NCBI GenBank assembly: GCA_964554035.1
Contig: CAZKNW010000001.1
Span: forward strand, 1 to 42,437
DNA: 42,437 nucleotides
Direction of reading: 5' to 3'
DNA from: an uncultured Verrucomicrobiota bacterium
Lineage (GTDB): Bacteria; Verrucomicrobiota; Verrucomicrobiia; Limisphaerales; CAZKNW01
Below the pieces are notes generated by a model, which worked only from the letters and a program-made list of their open reading frames with translations, was not told where the DNA came from and made no database searches. The position numbers were made by a program, and so were the translations under genes. Within the stretch, counting starts at the first letter, position 1. Each line of letters starts with the position of its first letter. Below are positions 32,888-42,301 of the stretch, in pieces.

Positions 32888-34258
32888 ATGCCCCCTAGAC
32901 GCCTCGTGATCCGCTTCGTCCTGATGCTACTTCTCTCAGGACTGTATTCCCTTTCCACGGTTGCAGCGACGAAGAAGCCCAACGTGCTGCTCATCATGGC
33001 CGATGATGTCGGTTTTGAATGTTACAGCAGCTATGGGAGCGAGTTCTACAAGACGCCGAACATCGACTCCCTGGCCACGGGAGGTACGCGTTTCACCCAG
33101 GCCTATTCCCAGCCGATCTGCACGCCTTCACGGGTGAAGATCATGACCGGGAAATACAACTTCCGGAACTACATGCATTTCGGTGAGCTCGACCTGACGC
33201 AACCCACCTTTGCGAAGGAAGCGAAGAAGGAGGGCTACAGGACGGTGATCGCGGGCAAATGGCAGTTGTCTCCCGAGAACCTCAATGGACCTCATCAGGC
33301 CGGTTTCGATGAATATTACCTCTGGCATTTTCAGGGGCTCGATCCCAAGCAGGCTCCGGAGGAGTTCAAGAACAAGGGTTCACGCTTCAAGTCACCCAAG
33401 CTCTACGACAATGGAAAACTCGTGGAGGGCACCGAGGGCAAGTATGGCCCGGACATGGTTTCCGACTACCTCTGCGACTTCTTCAAGCGCAACAAGGAGC
33501 AACCCTTCGTCGCCTATTACCCGATGATTCTCGTCCACAATCCCTTCGATCCCACACCCGACAGCCCAGACTGGGAGAAGATGGACAAGAAACGGGGGAG
33601 CCTCGAACACTTCCGGGACATGGTCCACTACATGGACAAGGTGGTAGGGAAGCTGGTCGCCTCCCTTGAAGAGAATGGTCTCAGGGAGAACACCCTGGTC
33701 ATCGTGACGGGGGACAACGGAACCAATCAGGGCATCACCTCGCCCTTTCCGGGGCGTGGCGGGATCAAGGGTGGCAAGGGCAAGACAACCGATGCCGGAA
33801 ACCGGGTGGCCTTTGTGGCGAACTGGCCGGGTGTCATCCCGGCGGAGCAGGAGATTGATACACCCATCGATTTTGCGGACCTCCTGCCCACCATTGTCGA
33901 CACCGTGGGAGGAAGCATCCCGGACTATGCGGATGGCCAGAGTCTTCTTCCCATCATGAAGGGCGATTCAAGCCGCGCACGGGGCTGGGTCTTCCAGAGC
34001 TACAACCGGGGTTCCGATGGTCCCTACGTGAGCTTCGTCAGGGATGCCGAGTGGAAGCTCTATGCCGATGGAAGGCTGTTCCATGTTCCTGCGGACTGGC
34101 TCGAGGAGCATCCGGTGGAGGGGAAGGTCGGACAGATGCACCGCAAGCGGCTGGGTATCATCCTTTCCGGAATCCTCGACTCGGCTCCCGATGAGAAATT
34201 CGTGACCACTGTCCGTGCCAGGAAGGCGGGACAGGGCGGTGGAAAGAAGAAAAAGTAG
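32888..34258 (+). CDS. Secreted Cys-type sulfatase
   Basis: Signal peptide present, with MADDVG and the motif ICTPSRVKIMTG. Confidence 0.9.
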   Translation: MPPRRLVIRFVLMLLLSGLYSLSTVAATKKPNVLLIMADDVGFECYSSYGSEFYKTPNIDSLATGGTRFTQAYSQPICTPSRVKIMTGKYNFRNYMHFGELDLTQPTFAKEAKKEGYRTVIAGKWQLSPENLNGPHQAGFDEYYLWHFQGLDPKQAPEEFKNKGSRFKSPKLYDNGKLVEGTEGKYGPDMVSDYLCDFFKRNKEQPFVAYYPMILVHNPFDPTPDSPDWEKMDKKRGSLEHFRDMVHYMDKVVGKLVASLEENGLRENTLVIVTGDNGTNQGITSPFPGRGGIKGGKGKTTDAGNRVAFVANWPGVIPAEQEIDTPIDFADLLPTIVDTVGGSIPDYADGQSLLPIMKGDSSRARGWVFQSYNRGSDGPYVSFVRDAEWKLYADGRLFHVPADWLEEHPVEGKVGQMHRKRLGIILSGILDSAPDEKFVTTVRARKAGQGGGKKKK

Positions 34259-34266
34259 GTCGGATC

Positions 34267-35835
34267 ATGCGCTCGATTCTTTCAATCCTCTTACTCACCC
34301 TGTCCCTGCAGCTGAATGCCGCCGGGCGCCCCAACATCGTCCTGATTGTCTCGGATGACATGGGATACTCGGACCTTGGCTGTTACGGAGGTGAGATCGA
34401 GACCCCAACCCTCGATGGGCTGGCCTGGATGGGGCTGCGCTTCACGAACTTTTACGTGAACAACATGTGCTGGCCCACGCGAGCCAGTCTCATGACAGGC
34501 CTCTATCCCAGGACGGCCCTGCCCAGGAAAGGCTCTGCCGATGGTGGGCTGCACCCACGTTCCTCCACGCTTCCCCAGCTTCTCAAGTCAAAGGGCTACA
34601 CCACCCTGATGTCCGGGAAATGGCACCTTTCCAGCGCGAATGAACCCGATGGACCCAACGCGCCCCATCATCGTGGTTTCGATCATTTCTACGGCACCAT
34701 CCACGGTGCTTCGGATTTTTTCGCACCGGCGGATCTTCAACTGGACGGCAAGGACATGACCCACGAGTGGAAGGACAATCCCGACTACTACTACACCGAT
34801 GCCCTGACCGATCATGCATTGGGCTTTCTCAAGGATGTTCCGGGCGAGACACCCTTTTTCCTCTACCTGACCTACACGGCGGCGCATTGGCCCCTCCATG
34901 CACGACCTGCGGACATTGAGCACTACAAGGGTCGTTATGAAATGGGGTGGGATGAGTTGCGCCTTCAACGACATGCGCGCATGAAGAGGATGGGCATCGT
35001 GGATCCAACCTGGAGGCTTTCACCGCGCAATGAAGAGGTTCCTGCATGGAAGGATGCCGATCACAAGGAGTGGCAGCAGCGCCGCATGGAGGTCTATGCC
35101 GCCCAGGTCACGAGCATGGACCGCAATATCGGAAGGGTCGTGGAATACCTCAAGTCGGTCGGACGTTTTGAGGACACCCTCATCCTGTTTCATCACGACA
35201 ACGGCGGATGCCATGTGGAATACGGTGAGAAGCGGACCGGATCCTGGACTCGTCAATTCACCACGGATGGGAAGAAGCGTCCGATCCGTCCCGGCAACAT
35301 TCCCGGCCTGATGCCGGGGGACCAGAGCACCTTCCAGTCCTATGGTCATGGGTGGGCCAATGCCTCCAATACACCTTTCCGGCTTTTCAAGCAGTATGAC
35401 CATGAGGGCGGAACGCGATCACCGCTGATCGTGTCATGGCCAGATGGTATTGGTCATGACATTGCCGGTGGGTTGGTCCACCAGGTCAGTCATGCTGTTG
35501 ATGTGATGCCTTCGCTCCTGGAAGCGGCTGAAGTGACCCAGCCTGAGCAGAAGCCCCTGCCGATGGAGGGACAGTCCTTCCTGAAACATCTCAAGACCCA
35601 TGGCGTGGAAGCCAGCGATCGCACCCTTTTCTGGGCGCACAACAAGGGACGTGCCGTGCGGCAGGGTGACTGGAAACTGGTGAGCGCCGGCAAGAAGGAG
35701 GCATGGGAACTTTACAACCTTGCCGAGGATGGGACGGAACTGGACAACCTGGCGGACCAACATCCCGAAAAGGTGAAACAGCTGCTGAAACGGTTCACCG
35801 CCTGGGAAAAGCGGACAGATCCAGGGAAGAACTAA
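34267..35835 (+). CDS. Secreted Cys-type arylsulfatase
   Basis: Signal peptide MRSILSILLLTLSLQLNA, then SDDMGYSDLGCYG and the motif MCWPTRASLMTG. It starts 8 nt after the preceding sulfatase. Confidence 0.9.
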   Translation: MRSILSILLLTLSLQLNAAGRPNIVLIVSDDMGYSDLGCYGGEIETPTLDGLAWMGLRFTNFYVNNMCWPTRASLMTGLYPRTALPRKGSADGGLHPRSSTLPQLLKSKGYTTLMSGKWHLSSANEPDGPNAPHHRGFDHFYGTIHGASDFFAPADLQLDGKDMTHEWKDNPDYYYTDALTDHALGFLKDVPGETPFFLYLTYTAAHWPLHARPADIEHYKGRYEMGWDELRLQRHARMKRMGIVDPTWRLSPRNEEVPAWKDADHKEWQQRRMEVYAAQVTSMDRNIGRVVEYLKSVGRFEDTLILFHHDNGGCHVEYGEKRTGSWTRQFTTDGKKRPIRPGNIPGLMPGDQSTFQSYGHGWANASNTPFRLFKQYDHEGGTRSPLIVSWPDGIGHDIAGGLVHQVSHAVDVMPSLLEAAEVTQPEQKPLPMEGQSFLKHLKTHGVEASDRTLFWAHNKGRAVRQGDWKLVSAGKKEAWELYNLAEDGTELDNLADQHPEKVKQLLKRFTAWEKRTDPGKN

Positions 35836-35909
35836 CCTGCCGTGACACCGCACTGGTTGTCGTCCGATCTGCCTTTCTTCTGGCCGGCGATGGAATCGTC
35901 GGGAACGCG

Positions 35910-37313
35910 CTAGGTCCGGTTGGTGAGGGCAAACTTCATCAGATGGCTTGCGGTCGTCCAGGCTGGCCCGGGAAACTTGTGGCATTCTGCCAGAACACTT
36001 TCGAAGGATCCGATGAAATGATCCACGTCCTCTTCCGTGATGGTCAGGGGAGGCAGGATCTTGATGACATCCATGTTGTGGCCAGCCACCTGGGTGAGGA
36101 TGTGATGCTGATCGAGGAGTGGCATGATGATGGCCTGGGGAAAGAGCCCTCCGTCGGCCGCATGGATCAGCTTCCACGCTGACTTCATGGCGAACGTCTT
36201 TGGAGCTCCCAGTTCAATTCCGATGATCAGCCCCTTGCCTCGGACCTCCTTCAAGAGTTCATACCTGGGTATCAGGTCCTGGAGTCCGGTGATGAGACGT
36301 TCCCCCATCCGTGCGCCGTTCTCGATCAGTTTCTCTGACTCAAGGATATCCAGTGTGGCGAGTCCACATGCCATGGCGAGGCCTCCCTGGCAAAAGGTTG
36401 AGGAATGGACGACACATCGGTCCATGCTCGAGAAGACCTTCCTGTAGATGTCCTCCTTCATCAGCACGGCTCCAACGGGTACCATGCCTCCGGAAAGTGA
36501 TTTGGACACGAGGAGAAGATCCGGTTCCAAGCCGGGCACGTGCTGGTAGGCAAAGAGCTTGCCGGTCCTTCCCATTCCCGTCTGTACTTCATCGAGCACG
36601 AGTTTTGTGCCGTATTTCCTGCACAGCCTCTGGGCCGAAAGGAGATACTCGTCCTCTGCCGGATAGACCCCTTTTCCCTGTACGGGTTCGATGAACAATC
36701 CGGCCACGTCCGACTTGGACAGGGCTGCCTCCAGCGCTTCGAGGTTTCCAAAAGGGATGTTGCTCAGGCCTGGAAGAAAGCTGACAAACCCGTCGCGGAA
36801 ACTAGGGCAGCCGTTCATGGAAAGGGCACCGTAGGTGAGGCCGTGAAAGGCGCGGTCGCAGAAGAGCACCTTCTCGCGCCGGGTGGCGCAGCGGACGAAC
36901 TTCAAGGCAGCCTCGTTGCATTCGGCACCTGAGTTCGCGAACTGGACCTTCTGGAGGTGAGGTGCGTGGCTGAGCAGTTTCTCGGCGAGTAGCCCGGGCA
37001 GGAGGGTGGCTCCCATCTGGATCTTCCATGGGTCGTCCAGGTCCAGGTAGTCACGAATGGTCTGCTTGATGACTGGATGGTTCCTGCCGATGTTGAACAT
37101 GCCGTAGCCCGACAGGAAGTCGAGGTAGCGCTTCCCTGATTCATCGTAGAGATAGGAACCTTCCCCTCGTACATAGTTTCGGTCGAAGCCTATGGTCTTT
37201 AGGACCTGGGTGAGTTTTGGGTTCACGTTGTCCCCAAAAACCTGAAACATCTCGGACCGACGGTCATTGACGAGTTTCTTCAGGTCGAATCTGGATGTGG
37301 CTTGCTGGTCCAT
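35910..37313 (-). CDS. Class III pyridoxal-phosphate aminotransferase
   Basis: ORF trimmed to the ATG at 37311-37313. Family blocks are DFLSGYGMFNIGRNHP, NSGAECNEAALK, LDEVQTGMGRTG and SKSLSGG (PLP lysine). Confidence 0.85.
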   Translation of the reverse strand: MDQQATSRFDLKKLVNDRRSEMFQVFGDNVNPKLTQVLKTIGFDRNYVRGEGSYLYDESGKRYLDFLSGYGMFNIGRNHPVIKQTIRDYLDLDDPWKIQMGATLLPGLLAEKLLSHAPHLQKVQFANSGAECNEAALKFVRCATRREKVLFCDRAFHGLTYGALSMNGCPSFRDGFVSFLPGLSNIPFGNLEALEAALSKSDVAGLFIEPVQGKGVYPAEDEYLLSAQRLCRKYGTKLVLDEVQTGMGRTGKLFAYQHVPGLEPDLLLVSKSLSGGMVPVGAVLMKEDIYRKVFSSMDRCVVHSSTFCQGGLAMACGLATLDILESEKLIENGARMGERLITGLQDLIPRYELLKEVRGKGLIIGIELGAPKTFAMKSAWKLIHAADGGLFPQAIIMPLLDQHHILTQVAGHNMDVIKILPPLTITEEDVDHFIGSFESVLAECHKFPGPAWTTASHLMKFALTNRT

Positions 37314-37439
37314 AGTGAAGGGTTTATCGGTTTCAGAAACGCCTCCGACCCGGAAATCGTCGCCAATGCCTGATAGCAGGGACCACAGAAACGTTGTCCG
37401 AAGCAAATCAATTCGGGCGAATCAACCGTCTTTTTTCTC

Positions 37440-38543
37440 ATGCCAACTCTGATGCATCCGCTCATGGGCGGAAATTTTTCCACCCTTCTGCGGGCCTTGC
37501 GTCGACAGGGAGGGGTTCCCTTGAAGACAGTCCCTCACATGTTGGCCTTCCTGGGCGCGGCGGCGGTCCGGCTTCCGGCCACGCTGCTTGAACGGGCCAT
37601 GATGGGAGAGGTGCCTGTCGGTCCGGATTATGATTCGGAGCCGGTTTTTGTGGTTGGACACTGGCGGTCGGGGACCACCCACCTCCACAACCTGCTGGGT
37701 TGTTCCTCGAGGTTTGGCATCATTACCCCCCTGGCCAGCGGGCTTCCCTGGGAACTGCTCACGCTGGCATCCTGGTTCCGGCCCTTTCTTGAAAAGGGTC
37801 TCCCGGAAGACAGGGGAGTCGACCAGGTCGCAGTGACGCCCCAGTCTCCCCAGGAGGATGAGATCCCCATGGCCAACATGCAGATGCTTTCCGTGTTTCA
37901 TGCGGTCTACTTTCCGGCATCCTTTCAGAGGAACTTTGATGAAGGTGTGTTTTTCGAAGGTGTCACTGAAGAGGAGGTTGCCGAGTGGGAACGTCGGATC
38001 CTTTATTTCTACAGGAAGGTCTCCAGGCATCAGGACGGGAAACGGCTCCTCATCAAGAACCCGGTTTACACCGCCAGAATGTCACGACTTCTGAAGCTGT
38101 GGCCCAAAGCGAAGTTCATTCATATCCATCGCAATCCTTTCGTCGTCTACTCCTCCACAGTGCACTACTATCGGAAGTTGCTTCCAGAACTGGCGCTGCA
38201 GTCCTTTGACCACCTTGACGTGGAGGAGATGGTTCTCACCAACTATCCGAAGCTGATGGATACCCTGGACCAGGATCGAAGGCAGTTGAGGGACGACCAG
38301 TTCGCCGAGATTGCCTTTGAAGACCTCGAGAATGATCCATTGGCCGTCCTGAAAGGCATCCACGAACGACTCGGAATCTCCGGGTGGCAGGATGCTGAGG
38401 TTTCCACGCAGCGCTATCTGGCTTCCCTGAAAAGCTATCAGAAGAACCGATTCTCCCTGGAGGAGGAGGACGAGTTGCGCGTTCGCCAGCGGTGGGCGAA
38501 ATGGATTGATCGGTGGGGCTACGCGGTGCCAGGCGCAAGGTAG
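37440..38543 (+). CDS. Sulfotransferase-family protein
   Basis: It has a PAPS 5'-phosphosulfate loop-like GHWRSGTTHLHNLL and a 3'-phosphate motif-like IHIHRNPFVVYSS. No signal peptide. Confidence 0.75.
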   Translation: MPTLMHPLMGGNFSTLLRALRRQGGVPLKTVPHMLAFLGAAAVRLPATLLERAMMGEVPVGPDYDSEPVFVVGHWRSGTTHLHNLLGCSSRFGIITPLASGLPWELLTLASWFRPFLEKGLPEDRGVDQVAVTPQSPQEDEIPMANMQMLSVFHAVYFPASFQRNFDEGVFFEGVTEEEVAEWERRILYFYRKVSRHQDGKRLLIKNPVYTARMSRLLKLWPKAKFIHIHRNPFVVYSSTVHYYRKLLPELALQSFDHLDVEEMVLTNYPKLMDTLDQDRRQLRDDQFAEIAFEDLENDPLAVLKGIHERLGISGWQDAEVSTQRYLASLKSYQKNRFSLEEEDELRVRQRWAKWIDRWGYAVPGAR

Positions 38544-38553
38544 CTGCTCCTGG

Positions 38554-39636
38554 CTACCTCTGATCCTTCAGGCATTCCGGATCCATCGGGCTGGTCCGGC
38601 CCACCTTGTCGACAGGATGGGTGAACATGTATTCCCAGACCGGTTCATAGAGGAACTCCCCTTTGGCATTCTTGGGGGAACTGCTTCCTGGTTGAACTGC
38701 TGAATGGGCCTTCTTGGCGTCGTTCTTCACATCAGCCGCGGTGATCAGTCGACGTGAGAACTGGTAGGGTGGTTCTTCGCCGTCGACTACCACAATGGGT
38801 CCGTAGCGGTGTAGACCGAGCAGTTCCCATGAACGGCAGTAGTGATCGGCCGTCCAACCACCATCCAGCACGTGGCTGAAGCCGAAATAGCGGTTGGCAG
38901 GGGTGGCGGAGGGTAGCTTCTGCCAGACCTGAAGTTGGTCGCGCGGTCCGCAAAGCATCACCACCCGGCTGACCTTCTGGTGCTTGGCAAAGCGGGCTGC
39001 CGTCGTGGAACCATGCGAACTGCCGGCCACGATGACGTCCTCCCAGCGAAGGCCCTTTCCATCCTTGGTCAGGAAGTAGTCCCAGCGTCCTTCCGGATTC
39101 TCCGAGGAAAGCCATTTCACGAACTGAAGCGCACGTTCCATCATGCCATCCGGCTTCTGAATGTCTGCTGAATCACTGAAGTCCTCACCAGTGGCGGCTT
39201 CCAGTCGCATATCACCACGACAGTTTTCGCCCACCGGATTCTCCTTGCAGACCTTGGAGAACCATTTGTTGGCATAGTGGGGCTGGATGGCATGGATGCC
39301 ATAGCTGTTGATCCGTTCGAAGAGACGCTCGTTGTGGCTCATGAGCCAGATGACCAGCTTGCCGCGAGGCTTCACACGCGTGTCCACCGAGGCATTCTCC
39401 CAGTCCTGTGCCTTGCCGCCCTTTTCAAAGACGAAGTCGATGTTGGGATACTCCTTGCAGCGGGGATCAATCTGGCTCGCCCGCGCCTTCAGCTTGTAGG
39501 TCTTGGGGGACGGGTCGTTGAATTGAAGGGTGGAATCCGCCGCGATGGATACAAATCCTCTAGACGAGAGGAGGAGCAGGGCGAAGACCAATAAGGAAAG
39601 GTGCTTGCGAAAAGTTGGAAACACGTCGCAAATCAT
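38554..39636 (-). CDS. Secreted hypothetical protein with an alpha/beta-hydrolase-like GxSxG elbow
   Basis: Hydrophobic leader LSLLVFALLLLSS. VIVAGSSHGSTTAA contains G-S-S-H-G-S. I recognise no family. It lies 37 nt downstream of the kinase gene on the same strand. Confidence 0.5.
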   Translation of the reverse strand: MICDVFPTFRKHLSLLVFALLLLSSRGFVSIAADSTLQFNDPSPKTYKLKARASQIDPRCKEYPNIDFVFEKGGKAQDWENASVDTRVKPRGKLVIWLMSHNERLFERINSYGIHAIQPHYANKWFSKVCKENPVGENCRGDMRLEAATGEDFSDSADIQKPDGMMERALQFVKWLSSENPEGRWDYFLTKDGKGLRWEDVIVAGSSHGSTTAARFAKHQKVSRVVMLCGPRDQLQVWQKLPSATPANRYFGFSHVLDGGWTADHYCRSWELLGLHRYGPIVVVDGEEPPYQFSRRLITAADVKNDAKKAHSAVQPGSSSPKNAKGEFLYEPVWEYMFTHPVDKVGRTSPMDPECLKDQR

Positions 39637-39673
39637 TCAATGGAGCCCCATCGTTTGACAAGGCGGGATTGAG

Positions 39674-42295
39674 TCATTCACGGGCCGTTCGAGCAGAAAA
39701 AGGCTCCGATGGTCGGTGGTGGTCTTCCGATAATTTCCAGACCCGGCAGACGCCGGCACTTCCCACGGCCGCGAAACGATCCCCGGGAGGGCTGTAGTTG
39801 AGGTGGTGCGAAGGGCGGGGTTGACCGGCGAATTCGCGAATCAACCGGAAATCGGTCGGGTCCCAGAAGCGAATCGTCAGGTCCAATGAAGAAGTGGCGA
39901 TCTCCCTGCCATCCGGGCTCCACACCGTTGAGAGCAATTCCTGGTCGTGGGTCCGTATGGATTTCTTCAATTCAAGTGTGTCCGGGTCGTAGAGGCGGAG
40001 CCTGTAGTCGGAGCAGGCGGCTGCCAGCAGGGATTTGTCCGGCGACAGATCCAATTTGGTGATGCTGAAGCTGTTGGTGTGGAGATGAGTCCATCGAGAG
40101 GTGTCCAGATCCCAGATTCCAAGGTGTTCCGTGCTCCCGGGCATGGCGCGAAGCGCATTTCCAATGAAGCTTACAGCCAGCCTGTCGCCGGGAAGAAAGA
40201 CCGCTTCAAAGGGCCTGATCATCTCGTCCGCCTGGATCACATGTCGTGATTTTCCGCCCTGCAGATCGAGCACCGTGAAAGGCCTGCCGATCAGCGCCAG
40301 GCGATCCGCTTCCGGGGACAGGCGAAGCTGGTGCGTGTTCCCGCCTGAGGGGATTGATTGGATCTTCTGCAGACTTGCGTCCTCCCCCCATGAGAACAGC
40401 TCGGTCCGGTTGGCTGTCTGACTGGGCATGACGACGAGCCTTTCCTGATTCCGGCTGGAGGCGAGGAGGGCGGACTTCACAGGCAGATCAATCCGTTTTC
40501 TGGTCACGCTTCCATCATCGGCCAGACGAACGAGTTCCATGGCGCGATCGTTTTTCGAGGAAAGGACCACGTTGCCGTCCGGAGAGAAGACCACCTGGTG
40601 ACCCTTGCCCTGGAAAGTCCATTCCCAGTCGGGTTTGATGGTGGGAAGGCGCCAGATCTTGCCCCGGATTCCCGTGGTGGCAAGATAGCTTCCAGAGGCG
40701 TCGATGCAGATTTGATCCGAGTCCGGCATGGGGCCCAGAAAACTCCTCGAAACCGTGGTAAGGGGAATGTTGATCAGGTGGATGATGGGGCGTATCTCCT
40801 TCACCACGCCAAAGTTGTTTTTGCTCAGTGCCAGAAGATCGGACTCGTTGTTGGGAAAGGCGAAATCCATTACTGGACCCGTTGAAACGGAGAGCCTTCG
40901 ACGATTGCCGATTCTTCCTTCACGAATGATGGCGGTGTCCTTGATGATGATGTTGCCATTTCGATCCCCAAGCACCAGAAGCCTCCCATCGGGGCTGACC
41001 TCCATGCAGAAGGGATGATGTTGCTCCGCCTGAAGGGGAATACTGCAGATCCGTTTGCCATCGGAGGTGGAGTAGAGACGGATCTGGGTGCCTGCCGTGT
41101 AAAGAACCTCCGATCTCGGATCCAGGCTGAAGCTTGTCTGATCGCTGTCGTTGATCGTGATCCGGGGTCTTTTTCTGGTGGGGTCAACGACTTCAACGAT
41201 ATTGTTCTGCCTGATGATCACGAGTCTGCCGTCGTGGGATGCATCGATCTGCCTGAATGGGTTTGCCGAATAGGAAAGTGAACTCTGGAAGGCAAGTGAT
41301 TCGAGATCGAACAGGTTGATTCTGCCCTCCACGGCCGACGAAACCGCGATGAAACCGGCGCCTGCTGAGATTGCGAGGTGGGAAGCCTTGTCGAACCGTG
41401 TGGCGACGAGGGCCTGCAGACCCTCTTCCACATTGAAGAGTCCCAGTTCCGCCATCTCTGTCAGGTAGCAGAAGGTTCCCGGTGACCCGGGAACAGCTTC
41501 CATCGTCCTGTGCGCGTTGTTCGCTTGGGAAAGGGGAAGTTGAAGCAGGGAGGAGTCCACCGTTTTTCGGACATAATGCCACTCCTGATCCCTGAGATCC
41601 TTTGGAACGCCCTCAAGATGCTTCATCGCATCGCTGGCCCGGTGCCCGACTACGTCATCGGTGGCCAGGGCCACTTCGGCGCGGGCAAGGGCGCGTCGAC
41701 TCCTTTCGGCCTCCTTTCTGGCCGTCAGCTCGGACTTCTTGGCAAGCAGTGCCTCGTCGGTGGCCCTTTCGGCGGAAGTACGTGCTCGTCTCTCACTTTC
41801 AATGACCTTTCCCAGGAAGAGGGTGGATGCCATCAGAAGGACAAGAATGGAAATACTCAGCGAGCGGTGGCGCTTGGCCATCAGCCACAAAAGGCCGAGC
41901 GTGCTGACGGTCTCGGCCGAGGTGGCGTAACCCCGCCGGTGGGCCTCGATGTCTTCGGCCAGTCCGGTTGCTGTTGGGTATCGCTCTTCGGGGTCCCGCG
42001 AAAGCGCCTTCATGGTGATCGCCGAAAGGCCACTTGGAATCCTGCCGTAGCGGAGGGGAAGCGGCTTCCTCGGTGGAGCATTTCCCTTACCTGGTCTACC
42101 TGCCTGGGAGCTGTTCGACATGGAAGAAGGTGGAGTGATGTCGCCCGACCGGATCTTCTCCAGCACTTCATCGACGGAATCCCCGCTCACGGGTGGCTGA
42201 AGCGTGAGGATCTCATAGAGGATTGCACCCAGAGAGTAGATGTCAGAGCGCTCGTCAATCGATGAAAGCTCTCCTCGTGCCTGTTCGGGCGGCAT
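39674..42295 (-). CDS. Ser/Thr protein kinase C-terminal part: end of catalytic domain, TM helix, coiled coil, WD40-like beta-propeller
   Basis: It begins at the conserved Met of the kinase P+1 loop (FMPPEQ) and includes subdomain IX (DIYSLGAILYEILT). A TM segment follows (LSISILVLLMASTLFLGKVI), then an Arg/Glu/Ala-rich coiled coil. Repeated SPDG-type blades follow (VSPDGRLLVLGD, FSPDGNVVLSS, WSPDGREIATSS ... IRFWD, VCRVWK). The reading frame continues upstream through a TAG codon. Confidence 0.85.
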   Translation of the reverse strand: MPPEQARGELSSIDERSDIYSLGAILYEILTLQPPVSGDSVDEVLEKIRSGDITPPSSMSNSSQAGRPGKGNAPPRKPLPLRYGRIPSGLSAITMKALSRDPEERYPTATGLAEDIEAHRRGYATSAETVSTLGLLWLMAKRHRSLSISILVLLMASTLFLGKVIESERRARTSAERATDEALLAKKSELTARKEAERSRRALARAEVALATDDVVGHRASDAMKHLEGVPKDLRDQEWHYVRKTVDSSLLQLPLSQANNAHRTMEAVPGSPGTFCYLTEMAELGLFNVEEGLQALVATRFDKASHLAISAGAGFIAVSSAVEGRINLFDLESLAFQSSLSYSANPFRQIDASHDGRLVIIRQNNIVEVVDPTRKRPRITINDSDQTSFSLDPRSEVLYTAGTQIRLYSTSDGKRICSIPLQAEQHHPFCMEVSPDGRLLVLGDRNGNIIIKDTAIIREGRIGNRRRLSVSTGPVMDFAFPNNESDLLALSKNNFGVVKEIRPIIHLINIPLTTVSRSFLGPMPDSDQICIDASGSYLATTGIRGKIWRLPTIKPDWEWTFQGKGHQVVFSPDGNVVLSSKNDRAMELVRLADDGSVTRKRIDLPVKSALLASSRNQERLVVMPSQTANRTELFSWGEDASLQKIQSIPSGGNTHQLRLSPEADRLALIGRPFTVLDLQGGKSRHVIQADEMIRPFEAVFLPGDRLAVSFIGNALRAMPGSTEHLGIWDLDTSRWTHLHTNSFSITKLDLSPDKSLLAAACSDYRLRLYDPDTLELKKSIRTHDQELLSTVWSPDGREIATSSLDLTIRFWDPTDFRLIREFAGQPRPSHHLNYSPPGDRFAAVGSAGVCRVWKLSEDHHRPSEPFSARTARE

Positions 42296-42301
42296 GAACT
42301 A

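Noticed and set aside
42299-42301. Reassignment of TAG to a sense codon, for example pyrrolysine-type recoding.
   Set aside because: TAG terminates several well-defined genes in this window at the expected protein ends (277-279, 2811-2813, 7627-7629, 12411-12413). No recoding machinery is visible. A nonsense mutation or a sequencing error is more economical.
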